From an uncultured Flavobacteriaceae bacterium (GTDB lineage: Bacteria > Bacteroidota > Bacteroidia > Flavobacteriales > Flavobacteriaceae): a DNA stretch of 64,000 nt. This document shows, one piece after another, positions 37,533 through 46,981 of this stretch (positions are counted from its first letter, which is position 1; every line of letters starts with the position of its first letter). The stretch is from NCBI GenBank assembly GCA_947311635.1, contig CAMZLD010000056.1, forward strand, positions 365 to 64,364, in the 5' to 3' direction. The notes under the pieces are model-generated. The model saw only the letters and a program-made list of their open reading frames with translations, was not told the origin of the DNA and ran no database searches. The translations under genes and the position numbers were made by a program.

Positions 37533-37533
37533 C

Positions 37534-39072
37534 TTAATTTCTCTTTTTAATAATAAATAAACCTCCTTCTATATCACTTACTACAATGTTTCCACTTGCA
37601 AAGTAAGGATATACACTCCAAACACCATTAAAATTAGCACTGTCGCTACTAGGGAAGGTGTCAAAGTATCCAGTTTCTGTCATGGTACCAGAAGCGATAT
37701 TTGTAATATCATGCATACGAACACCTGCTCTGTAATTTGCTAAGTAGTACATGTTTCCATCAATATATCCGTTATGGTCTATAGCTAGTGTTGGACCAAA
37801 ATAGTCTGATAGTAATGTAGGGTTGTTTAAATCTTGTACATCAAAAATTAATATTCTGGTATTGTTTCCAAAATTTAGTTCATCTACTTCATCTCCTACA
37901 ATAAGGTATTTATGATCTTCTGTAAACCATCCTTGATGAGCGTAAGCGTTATTATTATATGAAACCGAAGAAATTGTTACAGGATTGGCTTTATTTGTAA
38001 CATCTGCAAAAACGATATTATTATCATTACTTCCCACAAAAATTTCTTTACCAGTATATGCGGTATCAGGACCGTGATAGGTAACTACCTGTGCGTCATG
38101 AGAATAACCTCCAGAAGAATAACCTCCCGCAGCAATTGGATTTGTAGGGTTTTGAATGTTGATAAAATGACCACCACCGCTAAATGTAGAGGTGCCTACC
38201 GCATACGCAAAACCGGTATCTTCATTAATAACAATATTATGGGCTTTTCCAAAACCTGTATAATGTGCATCAGAAGCAAAGGTTGTTGGTGGCGACATTA
38301 CATTTCTTAATTTTGTTAAATCGAAAACCTGCATTCCGTGACCTCCAGCTTCACTAACTATAAATGCGTAATTTTGATATACTTTAATATCTCTCCAAAT
38401 ACTATTTACGGTTGCTGTTGGTAGTTTTCCGAGATATACAAGATTTTCTGTATCTGTAATGTCTACAAAAACAGTACCGTCAGAAACACCCATAATGGCA
38501 TATTCTTTATTGGTTGTTGGGTCTGTCCAACCCCAAGAATCATTACCTTCTATACCACCTCCGCCAAAATCTGCTAAGGTTAAATGCGCCATTAAATCAT
38601 AGTTACTACACGGATAAGACCCTGCAAAACCATTTTCACAAGCGTTTAATGGAGCAGGAAAATCACAAACATCTCCTACGCCATCACCATCGGTATCTAA
38701 TTGATCAGCATTCGCTGTTAATGGGCAGTTGTCATTTGCATCTAAAATACCATCGTTATCATCGTCATCATCACAGACATCACCCATACCATCATCATCG
38801 GTGTCCAGTTGATCTGCATTTACTATGGACGGACAGTTGTCTTCAAAATCAAAGACACCGTCACCATCAGAATCATCACAGACATCTCCTATACCATCAC
38901 CATCCATATCTGCTTGATCTGTATTTGCCGTGTTTGGGCAGTTATCTTCTGCATCCACTACGGTGTCGTTATCACCATCTGATGGTGTCACAATTTTAGG
39001 CTCGTCTTTAGAGCATGATTGAAAAATAAGAAATAAAAATACAGTAAAAAGAGTGATGTTTTTTTTTAACAT
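37534..39072 (-). CDS. lipoprotein with thrombospondin type-3 Ca-binding repeats and C-terminal LVIVD-repeat propeller (choice-of-anchor-B-like)
   Basis: Lipobox IFQSC and three DNCP...N.DQ.D.D.DG.GD.CD units. The C-terminus has repeated ...a.v...gG..v.Dv.n..nP... units ([57 protein letters not shown]). Confidence 0.75.
   Translation of the reverse strand: MLKKNITLFTVFLFLIFQSCSKDEPKIVTPSDGDNDTVVDAEDNCPNTANTDQADMDGDGIGDVCDDSDGDGVFDFEDNCPSIVNADQLDTDDDGMGDVCDDDDDNDGILDANDNCPLTANADQLDTDGDGVGDVCDFPAPLNACENGFAGSYPCSNYDLMAHLTLADFGGGGIEGNDSWGWTDPTTNKEYAIMGVSDGTVFVDITDTENLVYLGKLPTATVNSIWRDIKVYQNYAFIVSEAGGHGMQVFDLTKLRNVMSPPTTFASDAHYTGFGKAHNIVINEDTGFAYAVGTSTFSGGGHFINIQNPTNPIAAGGYSSGGYSHDAQVVTYHGPDTAYTGKEIFVGSNDNNIVFADVTNKANPVTISSVSYNNNAYAHQGWFTEDHKYLIVGDEVDELNFGNNTRILIFDVQDLNNPTLLSDYFGPTLAIDHNGYIDGNMYYLANYRAGVRMHDITNIASGTMTETGYFDTFPSSDSANFNGVWSVYPYFASGNIVVSDIEGGLFIIKKRN
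38662..38979 (-). repeat. tandem coding repeats (three TSP type-3-like units)
   Basis: aa 32-137 of the 512-aa protein: [24 protein letters not shown] / [24 protein letters not shown] / [24 protein letters not shown]. The Asp-codon periodicity also creates a long spurious antisense ORF. Confidence 0.85.
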
Positions 39073-39210
39073 GAGTAGGTGGTTTTTTTAATTTTAACGT
39101 TATGGGCAAATAAATATTATAATTTACTTAAGTGAATTTAATAAAAAATCAATTACTTTGTAATAAGAGATTAGTCAAAATTACACATTTATAATTTAAT
39201 ATCTTTTTTA

Positions 39211-40254
39211 ATGTTAATAAATAAGCAAGAATCAAGCACATCACTAGCTTCTTTAGGAGAATTTGGATTGATAACGCATCTAACAAAAAACTTTAAATGT
39301 ATTCAAAAAACAACTATAAAAGCTGTTGGTGATGATGCTGCTGTATTGAAAACGAATCAAAACACGTTAGTTTCGACTGATTTATTGATAGAAGGTGTTC
39401 ATTTTGATTTAAGTTATATGCCTTTAAAACATCTAGGGTATAAGGCTGTTGTAGTCAATCTTTCTGACATTTATGCAATGAATGGTGTAGCTACTCAAAT
39501 AACAGTTTCTATAGCAGTTTCAAATCGTTTTTCGTTAGAAGCCTTAGAGGAATTATACGCCGGAATTCATCTTGCTTGTAAAACATACCATATTGATTTA
39601 ATAGGTGGAGACACTACGTCTTCTACAAAAGGCTTGCTAATTAGTATAACAGCAATTGGCGAAGCTAAAAAAGAAGCAATTACTTACAGAAATGGAGCTA
39701 AAGAAAATGATTTATTGGTAGTTTCTGGTGATTTAGGAGCAGCATATTTAGGACTACAAGTTTTAGAAAGAGAAAAACAGGTTTTTCAAGCCAACCCAAA
39801 TTCTCAACCAGATCTAGAACAATATTCATATTTGGTGGAGCGACAATTAAAACCCGAAGCTCGTAAAGATATTGTTAATTTATTAAAAGAATTAGAAGTA
39901 AAGCCAACAGCCATGATTGATATTTCTGATGGGCTTTCTTCAGAAATTATTCACCTTTGTAAGCAATCTAATGTTGGTTGTGATTTGTATGAAGCTAAAA
40001 TACCGTTAGATCCACAAGTTATTTCAGCATGTGAAGAATTTAATATAGACAGTACAATGGTTGCTTTAAGTGGTGGTGAAGATTACGAGTTGCTTTTTAC
40101 CATTGCCCAAAAAGATTTCGATAACATTAAAGGAAATCCACATTTAACAGTAATTGGTCATATGACCGATAAAAACACAGGAATCCATTTAGTTACAAGA
40201 GCAAATCAAAAAATAAAACTTACAGCCCAAGGTTGGAATGCTTTAGAAGATTAA
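39211..40254 (+). CDS. thiL: thiamine-monophosphate kinase
   Basis: AIR-synthase-like fold motifs (GDDAAVL...DLLIEGVHF...GGDTTSS...GGEDYELLFT); 347 aa. Confidence 0.9.
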   Translation: MLINKQESSTSLASLGEFGLITHLTKNFKCIQKTTIKAVGDDAAVLKTNQNTLVSTDLLIEGVHFDLSYMPLKHLGYKAVVVNLSDIYAMNGVATQITVSIAVSNRFSLEALEELYAGIHLACKTYHIDLIGGDTTSSTKGLLISITAIGEAKKEAITYRNGAKENDLLVVSGDLGAAYLGLQVLEREKQVFQANPNSQPDLEQYSYLVERQLKPEARKDIVNLLKELEVKPTAMIDISDGLSSEIIHLCKQSNVGCDLYEAKIPLDPQVISACEEFNIDSTMVALSGGEDYELLFTIAQKDFDNIKGNPHLTVIGHMTDKNTGIHLVTRANQKIKLTAQGWNALED

Positions 40255-41036
40255 CAATTTTTTGCAAAGTTTTTTAAAGCAATTATCAAAGGTTTTATAT
40301 TTTCTATATGGCTCATATGACCTTCTGGAAGAATCGTAGTTGGAATGTTATTTTCTTTTGAAAAAGTAATTAAAAAATTAACATTTACAACCGTATCTTT
40401 TTTACCAATAATGAGTGCCTTGTAAAAAGGTGCTTCAGTAAAAAAAGAAGTAGTATCCTCGCGTAACCGCATTCCTTCTTGCGAAGCGATATAACTCTGT
40501 AAAGGCGTTTTTAAAGCAATTTGTAAAGCAGCTTTTATTTGAGGTTTAAAATTTTCACGACTTTCTTTGCTAAATAAATTGGTGAACGACATGTGTACCA
40601 TGTTTTTAAAATTAGTTTGAACCATTTTGTTAGCTCGAACTCGCAAAGCTTGTGTTTCTAAACTGTCTGCCTGAAAAGTAGAATTGTGTAAACACAAACC
40701 TTTAATAGTCTTTGGATAATGTTTTGCATATGTCAAAGCAATGTAACCTCCCATAGAATGACCAATGATACTGTATTTACGAAGCTTTAAAAATTTTAAT
40801 ACAGCATGTACCATATTAGCCTGATCATTCATAGTGTGTATATATCTCAGACATGGTGTTTTGCCATGCCCTAATAAATCAATACAAATTACTCGATTGG
40901 TTTGTGAAAGTACAGGAACAATATCTTTCCACATCGAAGAATCTTCTAAAAAACCATGCAATAAAACAATAACAGATCCTTTGCCTTCAGAAGAAAAATG
41001 AACACGAATATTTTTATAATTTACAAAGCCTTGCAT
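40251..41036 (-). CDS. alpha/beta hydrolase
   Basis: HGFLED oxyanion region and nucleophile elbow GHSMGG, with a C-terminal His (EGHMSH). Its 3' end overlaps thiL by 4 nt (convergent). Confidence 0.8.
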   Translation of the reverse strand: MQGFVNYKNIRVHFSSEGKGSVIVLLHGFLEDSSMWKDIVPVLSQTNRVICIDLLGHGKTPCLRYIHTMNDQANMVHAVLKFLKLRKYSIIGHSMGGYIALTYAKHYPKTIKGLCLHNSTFQADSLETQALRVRANKMVQTNFKNMVHMSFTNLFSKESRENFKPQIKAALQIALKTPLQSYIASQEGMRLREDTTSFFTEAPFYKALIIGKKDTVVNVNFLITFSKENNIPTTILPEGHMSHIENIKPLIIALKNFAKNC

Positions 41037-41078
41037 CGTACAAAAATATGTACTTTTGTAGATATATTCTATTAAAAT

Positions 41079-41627
41079 ATGTTTTTATCACCTTTTTCAA
41101 AATTGAGTCAGAAACGGCTTCAAAATAACACCATTATCACTTTTGTTTTAGTTGCTTTAAGTGTTTTTCTGTTACACTATTTAGATGGTTTTTTAAAAAA
41201 CAAGATTGCTGTAAACGGTATTGTTTCATTTGAATTAGCAAAAAACACAGAGGTAGCAAGTCAAATTATTAATTCTTGGAATCCTGTATCTACAGCCGCT
41301 GCAGGTTACAGTTTGATTTTTGATTTCTTTTTTCTGGCTGTTTATAGTGTTTTTTTAGGACTCGTTATTCATCGTTTAAACGAAAAAGTGTGGAAAAACA
41401 CTTCAATTTATAAAATAGGTGTAGTATTAATTTTTGTACAATTTACTGCAGCTTTTTTTGATAGCATAGAAAATATTTCTTTACTGCAAGTTTTTAAAGG
41501 TCCAACGCAGTTTTGGACTTTATCAGCCTATTATTTTGCCATTGCAAAATTTAGTTTAATCGCACTCGGAATTCTTTTTATTTTAGGAAGTGTCCTTGCA
41601 TTCCTTTTTCAGAAAAAACAAATATAA
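41079..41627 (+). CDS. hypothetical integral membrane protein
   Basis: 182 aa with about five hydrophobic helices. No motif recognised. Confidence 0.5.
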   Translation: MFLSPFSKLSQKRLQNNTIITFVLVALSVFLLHYLDGFLKNKIAVNGIVSFELAKNTEVASQIINSWNPVSTAAAGYSLIFDFFFLAVYSVFLGLVIHRLNEKVWKNTSIYKIGVVLIFVQFTAAFFDSIENISLLQVFKGPTQFWTLSAYYFAIAKFSLIALGILFILGSVLAFLFQKKQI

Positions 41628-41641
41628 TTCCTTCGAAAATT

Positions 41642-42931
41642 TTAATGCATGATATCCTCAATTTCATCTGCGTCAATAGGAATGTTGCGCATTAAATTAA
41701 AAGGAGTTCCTTTTTCTTGAATAACCACATCGTCTTCTAAACGAATGCCAAAACCTTCTGCAGGAATATAAATACCCGGCTCTACCGTAAAAACCATATT
41801 GGCTTGCATTGGCTCTGTTAAAATACCATAATCATGTGTGTCTAAACCTAAATGATGACTTGTACCGTGCATAAAATATTTTTTATAAGCAGGCCAATTA
41901 GGATCTTCATTTTGAATGTCTGCTTTGTCAAGTAAGCCCAAACCTAGTAATTCTGAAGTCATAATTTTCCCTACTTCTACATGGTAATCTGCCCAAATAG
42001 TACCTGGAGTTAGCATTTTGGTAGCTTCGTTTTTTACTCTCAAAACAGCGTTGTAAACTTCTTTTTGGCGCTTTGTAAATTTTCCTGAAACAGGAATCAT
42101 ACGCGTCATATCACTAGAATAATTAGCATATTCTGCACCAACATCAAGCAAGATAATATCGCCAGCTTTACATTGTTGGTTGTTTTCTATGTAATGCAAA
42201 ATATTGGCGTTATTTCCACTAGCAACAATAGGTGTGTATGCAAATCGTTTAGAACGGTTTATTAAAAACTCATGCATAAATTCTGCTTCAATTTCAAATT
42301 CCCAAACATTTGGTTTTACAAATTTTAAAGCGCGTCTAAATCCTTTTTCTGTAATATCACATGCTTGCTGAATAAGGGCAATCTCTTGTTTTTCTTTTAC
42401 AGAACGCAAGCGTTGTAAAATAGGATTGCTTTTTGCCACGCTATGTGCTGGGTATTTTTGTAAGAGCCATTTGGTGAAACGCGCTTCACGTGTTTCTACT
42501 TCTACGTTTGCTCTATAATGTTCATTGGTGTTTATATAAATAATATCACATTGAGTCATGATTTCGAACAATATTTTTTCTAAATCCTGTAGCCAATAAA
42601 CCGTTTTAATACCGCTTGTTTTAAGTGCTGTTTCTTTGGTGAGTTTTTCGCCTTCCCAAACCGCAATATGTTTGTTGGTTTCTTTTAAAAATAAAATTTC
42701 ACGATGTTCTGGTTTAGGGCAATCAGGAAATAATATCAGTACACTTTCTTCTTGATCAACACCGCTTAAATAAAAAATATCACGATGTTGTTCAAATGGC
42801 AAAGTACTATCTGCGCTAATAGGATATATATCATTAGAATTAAAAACAGCCAAACTGCTAGGCTTCATTTTGCTAGTAAATTTTTTTCTATTTTTTATAA
42901 AAAGAGCATTGTCTATTAAGTGATATTTCAT
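41642..42931 (-). CDS. pepP: Xaa-Pro aminopeptidase (M24B family)
   Basis: Creatinase-like N-domain plus the M24 metal ligands (DVGAEYANYSSDMTR, HGTSHHLGLDTHD, EPGIY, RLEDDV). Confidence 0.88.
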   Translation of the reverse strand: MKYHLIDNALFIKNRKKFTSKMKPSSLAVFNSNDIYPISADSTLPFEQHRDIFYLSGVDQEESVLILFPDCPKPEHREILFLKETNKHIAVWEGEKLTKETALKTSGIKTVYWLQDLEKILFEIMTQCDIIYINTNEHYRANVEVETREARFTKWLLQKYPAHSVAKSNPILQRLRSVKEKQEIALIQQACDITEKGFRRALKFVKPNVWEFEIEAEFMHEFLINRSKRFAYTPIVASGNNANILHYIENNQQCKAGDIILLDVGAEYANYSSDMTRMIPVSGKFTKRQKEVYNAVLRVKNEATKMLTPGTIWADYHVEVGKIMTSELLGLGLLDKADIQNEDPNWPAYKKYFMHGTSHHLGLDTHDYGILTEPMQANMVFTVEPGIYIPAEGFGIRLEDDVVIQEKGTPFNLMRNIPIDADEIEDIMH

Positions 42932-42980
42932 AAGATATTATTTTGTTCAAAAATAATGTTTTTATTAGTGTAATAAATAA

Positions 42981-43010
42981 AAAAGGCGCTCAAATTTTTT
43001 GAGCGCCTTT
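42981..43010 (-). terminator. intrinsic terminator (symmetrical, could act both ways)
   Basis: AAAAGGCGCTCAAA-TTT-TTTGAGCGCCTTT, a GC-rich stem flanked by A and T runs, downstream of the Gly-rich gene. Confidence 0.8.
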
Positions 43011-43028
43011 AATTTTAAATGTAAGGTA

Positions 43029-43316
43029 TTACTTGCTCATGGCATTTTTGATCATGCCAACAACAGCCATTAAAACACCACCACCAACACCACCACTAGC
43101 AAGATTGCTAAGGATGCTTGCAATGTCAAGACCGCCGTCTGCACCGGCTGCAGCTGCAGCGCCCATGCCTAGCATGCCAAGTACTTTCCCTCCAATTCCT
43201 CCACCAAGAATACCTAAGATAGAGTTACCTACGGTTCCTAATGAAAACTTTTTTAATAAAGAACCCGCAACGTTTCCGCCTAAGGCACCACTAATTAATT
43301 GAATAATTAATTCCAT
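43029..43316 (-). CDS. glycine-zipper small membrane protein
   Basis: 95 aa with repeated GxxxG (GALGGNVAGS, GILGGGIGGKVLGMLGMG, GGVGGGVLMAVVG). It forms a local GC-rich patch that also generates a spurious antisense ORF. Confidence 0.6.
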   Translation of the reverse strand: MELIIQLISGALGGNVAGSLLKKFSLGTVGNSILGILGGGIGGKVLGMLGMGAAAAAGADGGLDIASILSNLASGGVGGGVLMAVVGMIKNAMSK

Positions 43317-43466
43317 AATACAATTTTGTTGATTAAATTAGTTATAAAGCAACGAAATATTTTTGAAATACGCAAAATTAATGTTAATAAAATATAAATA
43401 TGTTAATAAATATAACATTTTTAATATTGGCTGAATAAGAGTATATTTGTTTTAAATATATGAAAT

Positions 43467-44324
43467 ATGAAATTTAAAATATTTGTAGCATTCGCTATTT
43501 TCTTAACTTCTTTATCTTCTTTTGCTCAAAAAAAACAAGCATTTAAATTATTTAATTCTAAAGGAAAAAAGGTTTCGTATAAAAAAATGATGAAACAAAT
43601 AAATAACGCAGATATTGTATTGTTTGGTGAGCATCATAACAACCCTATTGTTCATTGGTTGCAATTAGAAGTTACCAAGGACGCGTTGACAAAACAGCAA
43701 TTAACTTTAGGAGCAGAAATGTTTGAAGCAGATAATCAACAAGCATTAAACAACTATATAGCTGGTACAATTGACCGAAAAGGCTTAGACTCTACTGCTA
43801 GATTATGGAATAATTTTAAAACGGATTACAAACCGTTGGTAGATATCGCCAAAAGACATCATTTAAAATTTATAGCGACCAATGTGCCTAGAAGAAACGC
43901 AAAAATTGTGTTTAAAAAAGGGTTTGAAGGTTTAGATAAATTATCTTCTCAAGAAAAAGCTTGGATAGCACCTTTGCCTATTAAATATGACAAAAATTTA
44001 CCAGGATATGTTGCCATGAAAAAAATGATGGGTGGTCATGGAGGTGATAATTTGCCGAAAGCACAAGCCATAAAAGATGCTACCATGGCGTATTTTATTT
44101 TACAAAATAAAAAAAAAGGCACTTTATTTATACATTATAACGGCTCATACCATTCTGATAATTTTGAAGGAATTTATTGGTATTTAAAACAAGCCAATGC
44201 GGATTTAAAAATTATAACCATAAGTACTTCTGAACAAAAAAGTGTTCAAAAACTTTCATCAGAAAGTAAAGGGATTGCTAATTTTATTATAGCCGTACCA
44301 GAAAGCATGACCAAGACTTATTAA
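43467..44324 (+). CDS. ChaN-family (haem-binding, Tiki-superfamily) lipoprotein/exported protein
   Basis: Signal peptide and the ADIVLFGEHHNNP motif typical of ChaN/DUF399 proteins. Confidence 0.65.
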   Translation: MKFKIFVAFAIFLTSLSSFAQKKQAFKLFNSKGKKVSYKKMMKQINNADIVLFGEHHNNPIVHWLQLEVTKDALTKQQLTLGAEMFEADNQQALNNYIAGTIDRKGLDSTARLWNNFKTDYKPLVDIAKRHHLKFIATNVPRRNAKIVFKKGFEGLDKLSSQEKAWIAPLPIKYDKNLPGYVAMKKMMGGHGGDNLPKAQAIKDATMAYFILQNKKKGTLFIHYNGSYHSDNFEGIYWYLKQANADLKIITISTSEQKSVQKLSSESKGIANFIIAVPESMTKTY

Positions 44325-44435
44325 GGTTAACTGTTTTTGTTTCATAAGCAAGTTGTTTTATAGAGAATTTAATATTTGTATTTCATAGGTACAATTGTTA
44401 TATTAGCTTGATATTCTAATTTTAAAATTGTAATT

Positions 44436-44975
44436 ATGAAATCTTCTAAAGCTAAATTCCTCCCGTTTATATTCTTATTTTTTTTTATTTCATGTAACAC
44501 TAATAAAAGAGATGCTGTTTTTAAAACTCAAGAAGCATCAAAAGAAAAACGAAAAATCATAAATAACAATATTGAAGTCATTACTGATAAAAAAGGCAAT
44601 ATTGCTTTTTTTACAGATAAAACAAAAGAAGGTTATTTAAAGATGTATGTCTTTCAAACTGATGGTAAAAAAGACATTAAAATTGAAAAGTTTTTTAATG
44701 GAACTATTCGTTCTAAAGGAGCAGATTTAATAATAGAAAATGAGAATACAAAAAGAAAAAAACTTTTTACAGTTGATGTGAAAAATTATAAAAAAAGTGT
44801 ACTTGAAAATAAAGAAGCTTTTTTAGGAGTTGGAATTTCGGAACATAAAGGGCTTTTTGTTTTTACACCAAGCGCTAAAAAGAAAATTAACTATATAGAT
44901 GATGTTATCATAAATAAAAATATATCTAAAACAAAAACTTTGGCTAAATTAGTTTTGAGTAAAGAATCTGTTTAA
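44436..44975 (+). CDS. hypothetical lipoprotein
   Basis: 179 aa with lipobox FFISC; K/N-rich. No motif recognised. Confidence 0.5.
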   Translation: MKSSKAKFLPFIFLFFFISCNTNKRDAVFKTQEASKEKRKIINNNIEVITDKKGNIAFFTDKTKEGYLKMYVFQTDGKKDIKIEKFFNGTIRSKGADLIIENENTKRKKLFTVDVKNYKKSVLENKEAFLGVGISEHKGLFVFTPSAKKKINYIDDVIINKNISKTKTLAKLVLSKESV

Positions 44976-44986
44976 GTTTCACTTTT

Positions 44987-45949
44987 TTAACTACCAATAT
45001 GAAATAGGGCATCGCCCATGTTTATAATCGGAAAATTATTAACAGCAATAACATAGCCATCATGAGGCGCTTTGACTTTAAAATTTGTTTCGCCATAGGT
45101 ATCCATAATAAGTCCTAAAACCTGTCCTTTTTGTACTTTTTCACCATTTTTAATTGTACTACTAAAAAGGCCCGCAATGTTTGCACGCACCCATTTTCGT
45201 TTAGAAATTTGTATGCTTTTTGTTGCTGTAGTAATGTTAACATCTTTATTTATCATATTAAAATAACGTAAGATGTTTAAAGTGCCATTAATGCCTTTTT
45301 CTATAGAAATAGGGTTTAACCGTAAAGATTCTCCACCTTCAAAAACTAAAATAGGAATGTTGTTTTTAAAACATTCATTCCGAAATGATTTCGGAATTAA
45401 TTTAGAACCAAACATAAAAGGAGCATTAAACAGGGTGGCAAGTGCTTTGGCGCGATTATCTTGTGGTGTGTAACGCACTTGTGGGTAATTACAGCGCTGT
45501 TCTCCGCCTGTATGAAAATCAATTCCGAAGTCTACATTTAATACCAATTCTTTCATTAAATAATATGCCATTCTACTTGCTAAAGAGCCTTTTTTAGAAC
45601 CCGGAAAACTACGATTTACATCTTTTCCGTGCATATCTCTAGACAAATTTAAGAAACCAAAAACATTTAAAAGCGGCACAACTATTACACATCCTCTATA
45701 AATTTTATAGGATTTATCAATTAACATTCTTCTAATAAGCTCAATGCTATTTACCTCATCACCATGTAAACCGCCTTGTAATAAGACTGTTGGTCCAGCT
45801 TCTTTTCCGTTAAAAACATAAACAGGTATTTCTATCAAGGTACCAGTTGGTAATCTATCAATAGGGATTTTGATGAGTTTAGATTCGTCCAAACCTATTT
45901 TATGTCCACGTATTTCTACAACTTCGTTTTTATAATTTGTTTTAAACAT
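44987..45949 (-). CDS. succinylglutamate desuccinylase/aspartoacylase (AstE/AspA, M14-like) family protein
   Basis: Zn-ligand region GGLHGDEVNSIE, a later DFHTGG motif and a C-terminal beta-barrel tail. Its start overlaps the rimK stop by 8 nt. Confidence 0.8.
   Translation of the reverse strand: MFKTNYKNEVVEIRGHKIGLDESKLIKIPIDRLPTGTLIEIPVYVFNGKEAGPTVLLQGGLHGDEVNSIELIRRMLIDKSYKIYRGCVIVVPLLNVFGFLNLSRDMHGKDVNRSFPGSKKGSLASRMAYYLMKELVLNVDFGIDFHTGGEQRCNYPQVRYTPQDNRAKALATLFNAPFMFGSKLIPKSFRNECFKNNIPILVFEGGESLRLNPISIEKGINGTLNILRYFNMINKDVNITTATKSIQISKRKWVRANIAGLFSSTIKNGEKVQKGQVLGLIMDTYGETNFKVKAPHDGYVIAVNNFPIINMGDALFHIGS
45377..45397. repeat. perfect 21-bp palindrome ATTCCGAAAT-G-ATTTCGGAAT inside the AstE-like CDS
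   Basis: Read directly from the sequence: two inverted copies of the TTCCGAA heptamer, encoding IPKSFRN on the minus strand. Confidence 0.95.
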
Positions 45950-46823
45950 TTTTTTCTAAAAATTTTATGATGGCTTCTGCAATGTTTATTTTAGTATATG
46001 CTTCAATGCCTTGTAGTCCCGGCGTAGAGTTTACCTCAATTAATAAAGGCCCTTTAGAAGATCTAATCATATCTACACCACAAACAGGAAGACTTAAATA
46101 ATTGGCAGCTCTAATAGCCATACTTTTTTCTTTTTTGGTTAAGACTACCGGTTCTCCGCTACCACCTCTGTGAATATTAGATCTAAAATCACCTTTTACA
46201 CCTATGCGTTTCATGGCAGAAATAATTTTGCCACCAACAACAAAAGCCCGAATATCTTCACCATTAGATTCTTTAATAAACTCTTGTAATAATATGCTGG
46301 TGTGCATATTGTAAAAAGTGTCAATGATAGATTTTGCTGATTTTTTTGAGTCTGCCAAAATAACACCCAAACCTTGGGTGCCTTCTTGCAATTTGATAAT
46401 TACAGGTGCTCCACCTAGCATTTCTATTTGTTCTTCAATATTTTCTGGATTGATAGAAAACACCGTTTTAGGAATAGGAACGTGTTTTCTATTCATAATC
46501 TGTAAAGTGCGCACCTTATTTTGTGCTCTTAAAATACCTAAAGAACGTGCGGTGCTAAAAACACCGTTCATTTCAAACTCTTTTACTACGGCCGCTCCAT
46601 GCCTACTAACAGAAGCTCCTATTCTAGGGATAATAACCGAAGTGTCATCAATAATATTTTTACCATCATAAAAAATTTGAGGTTTTCCTTCACCAAGTTT
46701 TACAGAACATTTTGTATGATTGATAATACGTGCATTATGACCTCTTTTTATGGCTTCGTCATAAAGGCGTTTTGTAGAGTAAATTCTTTCACTAACAGAA
46801 AGGATAAAGATTTTCATAGGCAA
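45942..46823 (-). CDS. rimK: RimK-family alpha-L-glutamate ligase (ATP-grasp)
   Basis: 293 aa with ATP-grasp motifs (...PVIIKLQEGTQGLGV...EDIRAFVVGGK...RSNIHRGG...GVDMIRS..GPLLIEVNSTPG). Confidence 0.88.
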   Translation of the reverse strand: MPMKIFILSVSERIYSTKRLYDEAIKRGHNARIINHTKCSVKLGEGKPQIFYDGKNIIDDTSVIIPRIGASVSRHGAAVVKEFEMNGVFSTARSLGILRAQNKVRTLQIMNRKHVPIPKTVFSINPENIEEQIEMLGGAPVIIKLQEGTQGLGVILADSKKSAKSIIDTFYNMHTSILLQEFIKESNGEDIRAFVVGGKIISAMKRIGVKGDFRSNIHRGGSGEPVVLTKKEKSMAIRAANYLSLPVCGVDMIRSSKGPLLIEVNSTPGLQGIEAYTKINIAEAIIKFLEKNV

Positions 46824-46920
46824 ATGCTTTTTACAAAGCTACTAAAAAAGGGAACAACTCTTTGAATAGGTTGATTTATATTATAATGATTCTAAATATT
46901 GCATAAAAGAGCTTTAAAAA

Positions 46921-46952
46921 TTTGTGTTCTGAATTACGGTACACTACCTTTG
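46921..46952 (+). promoter_or_regulatory. candidate sdhCAB promoter (-33 TTTG, -7 TACCTTTG)
   Basis: TTG at 46922-46924, then a 20-nt spacer to TACCTTTG (46945-46952, fits TAnnTTTG), 30 nt upstream of the sdhC ATG. Confidence 0.45.
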
Positions 46953-46981
46953 TTACATTAATTAACTAATTACTTTTAATA

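Noticed and set aside
38514-38999. 161-aa His/Leu/Arg-rich ORF on the + strand
   Set aside because: It is antisense to the TSP3 repeat region. The reverse complement of reiterated GAT/GAC (Asp) codons gives ATC/GTC, which reads as CAT/CAC-rich His runs in the shifted frame. It is a compositional artefact, not a histidine-rich protein.
36198-39072. Periodic repeats that could be mistaken for a CRISPR array or tandem DNA repeat locus
   Set aside because: The periodicity is at protein level, inside long intact ORFs (SBBP-like blades and TSP3 units). There are no identical direct repeats with unique spacers and no cas genes.
43033-43302. 89-aa Pro/Ala-rich ORF on the + strand
   Set aside because: It is the antisense frame of the Gly-rich gene (GGN read backwards gives NCC, Pro/Ala). 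It has no independent evidence.
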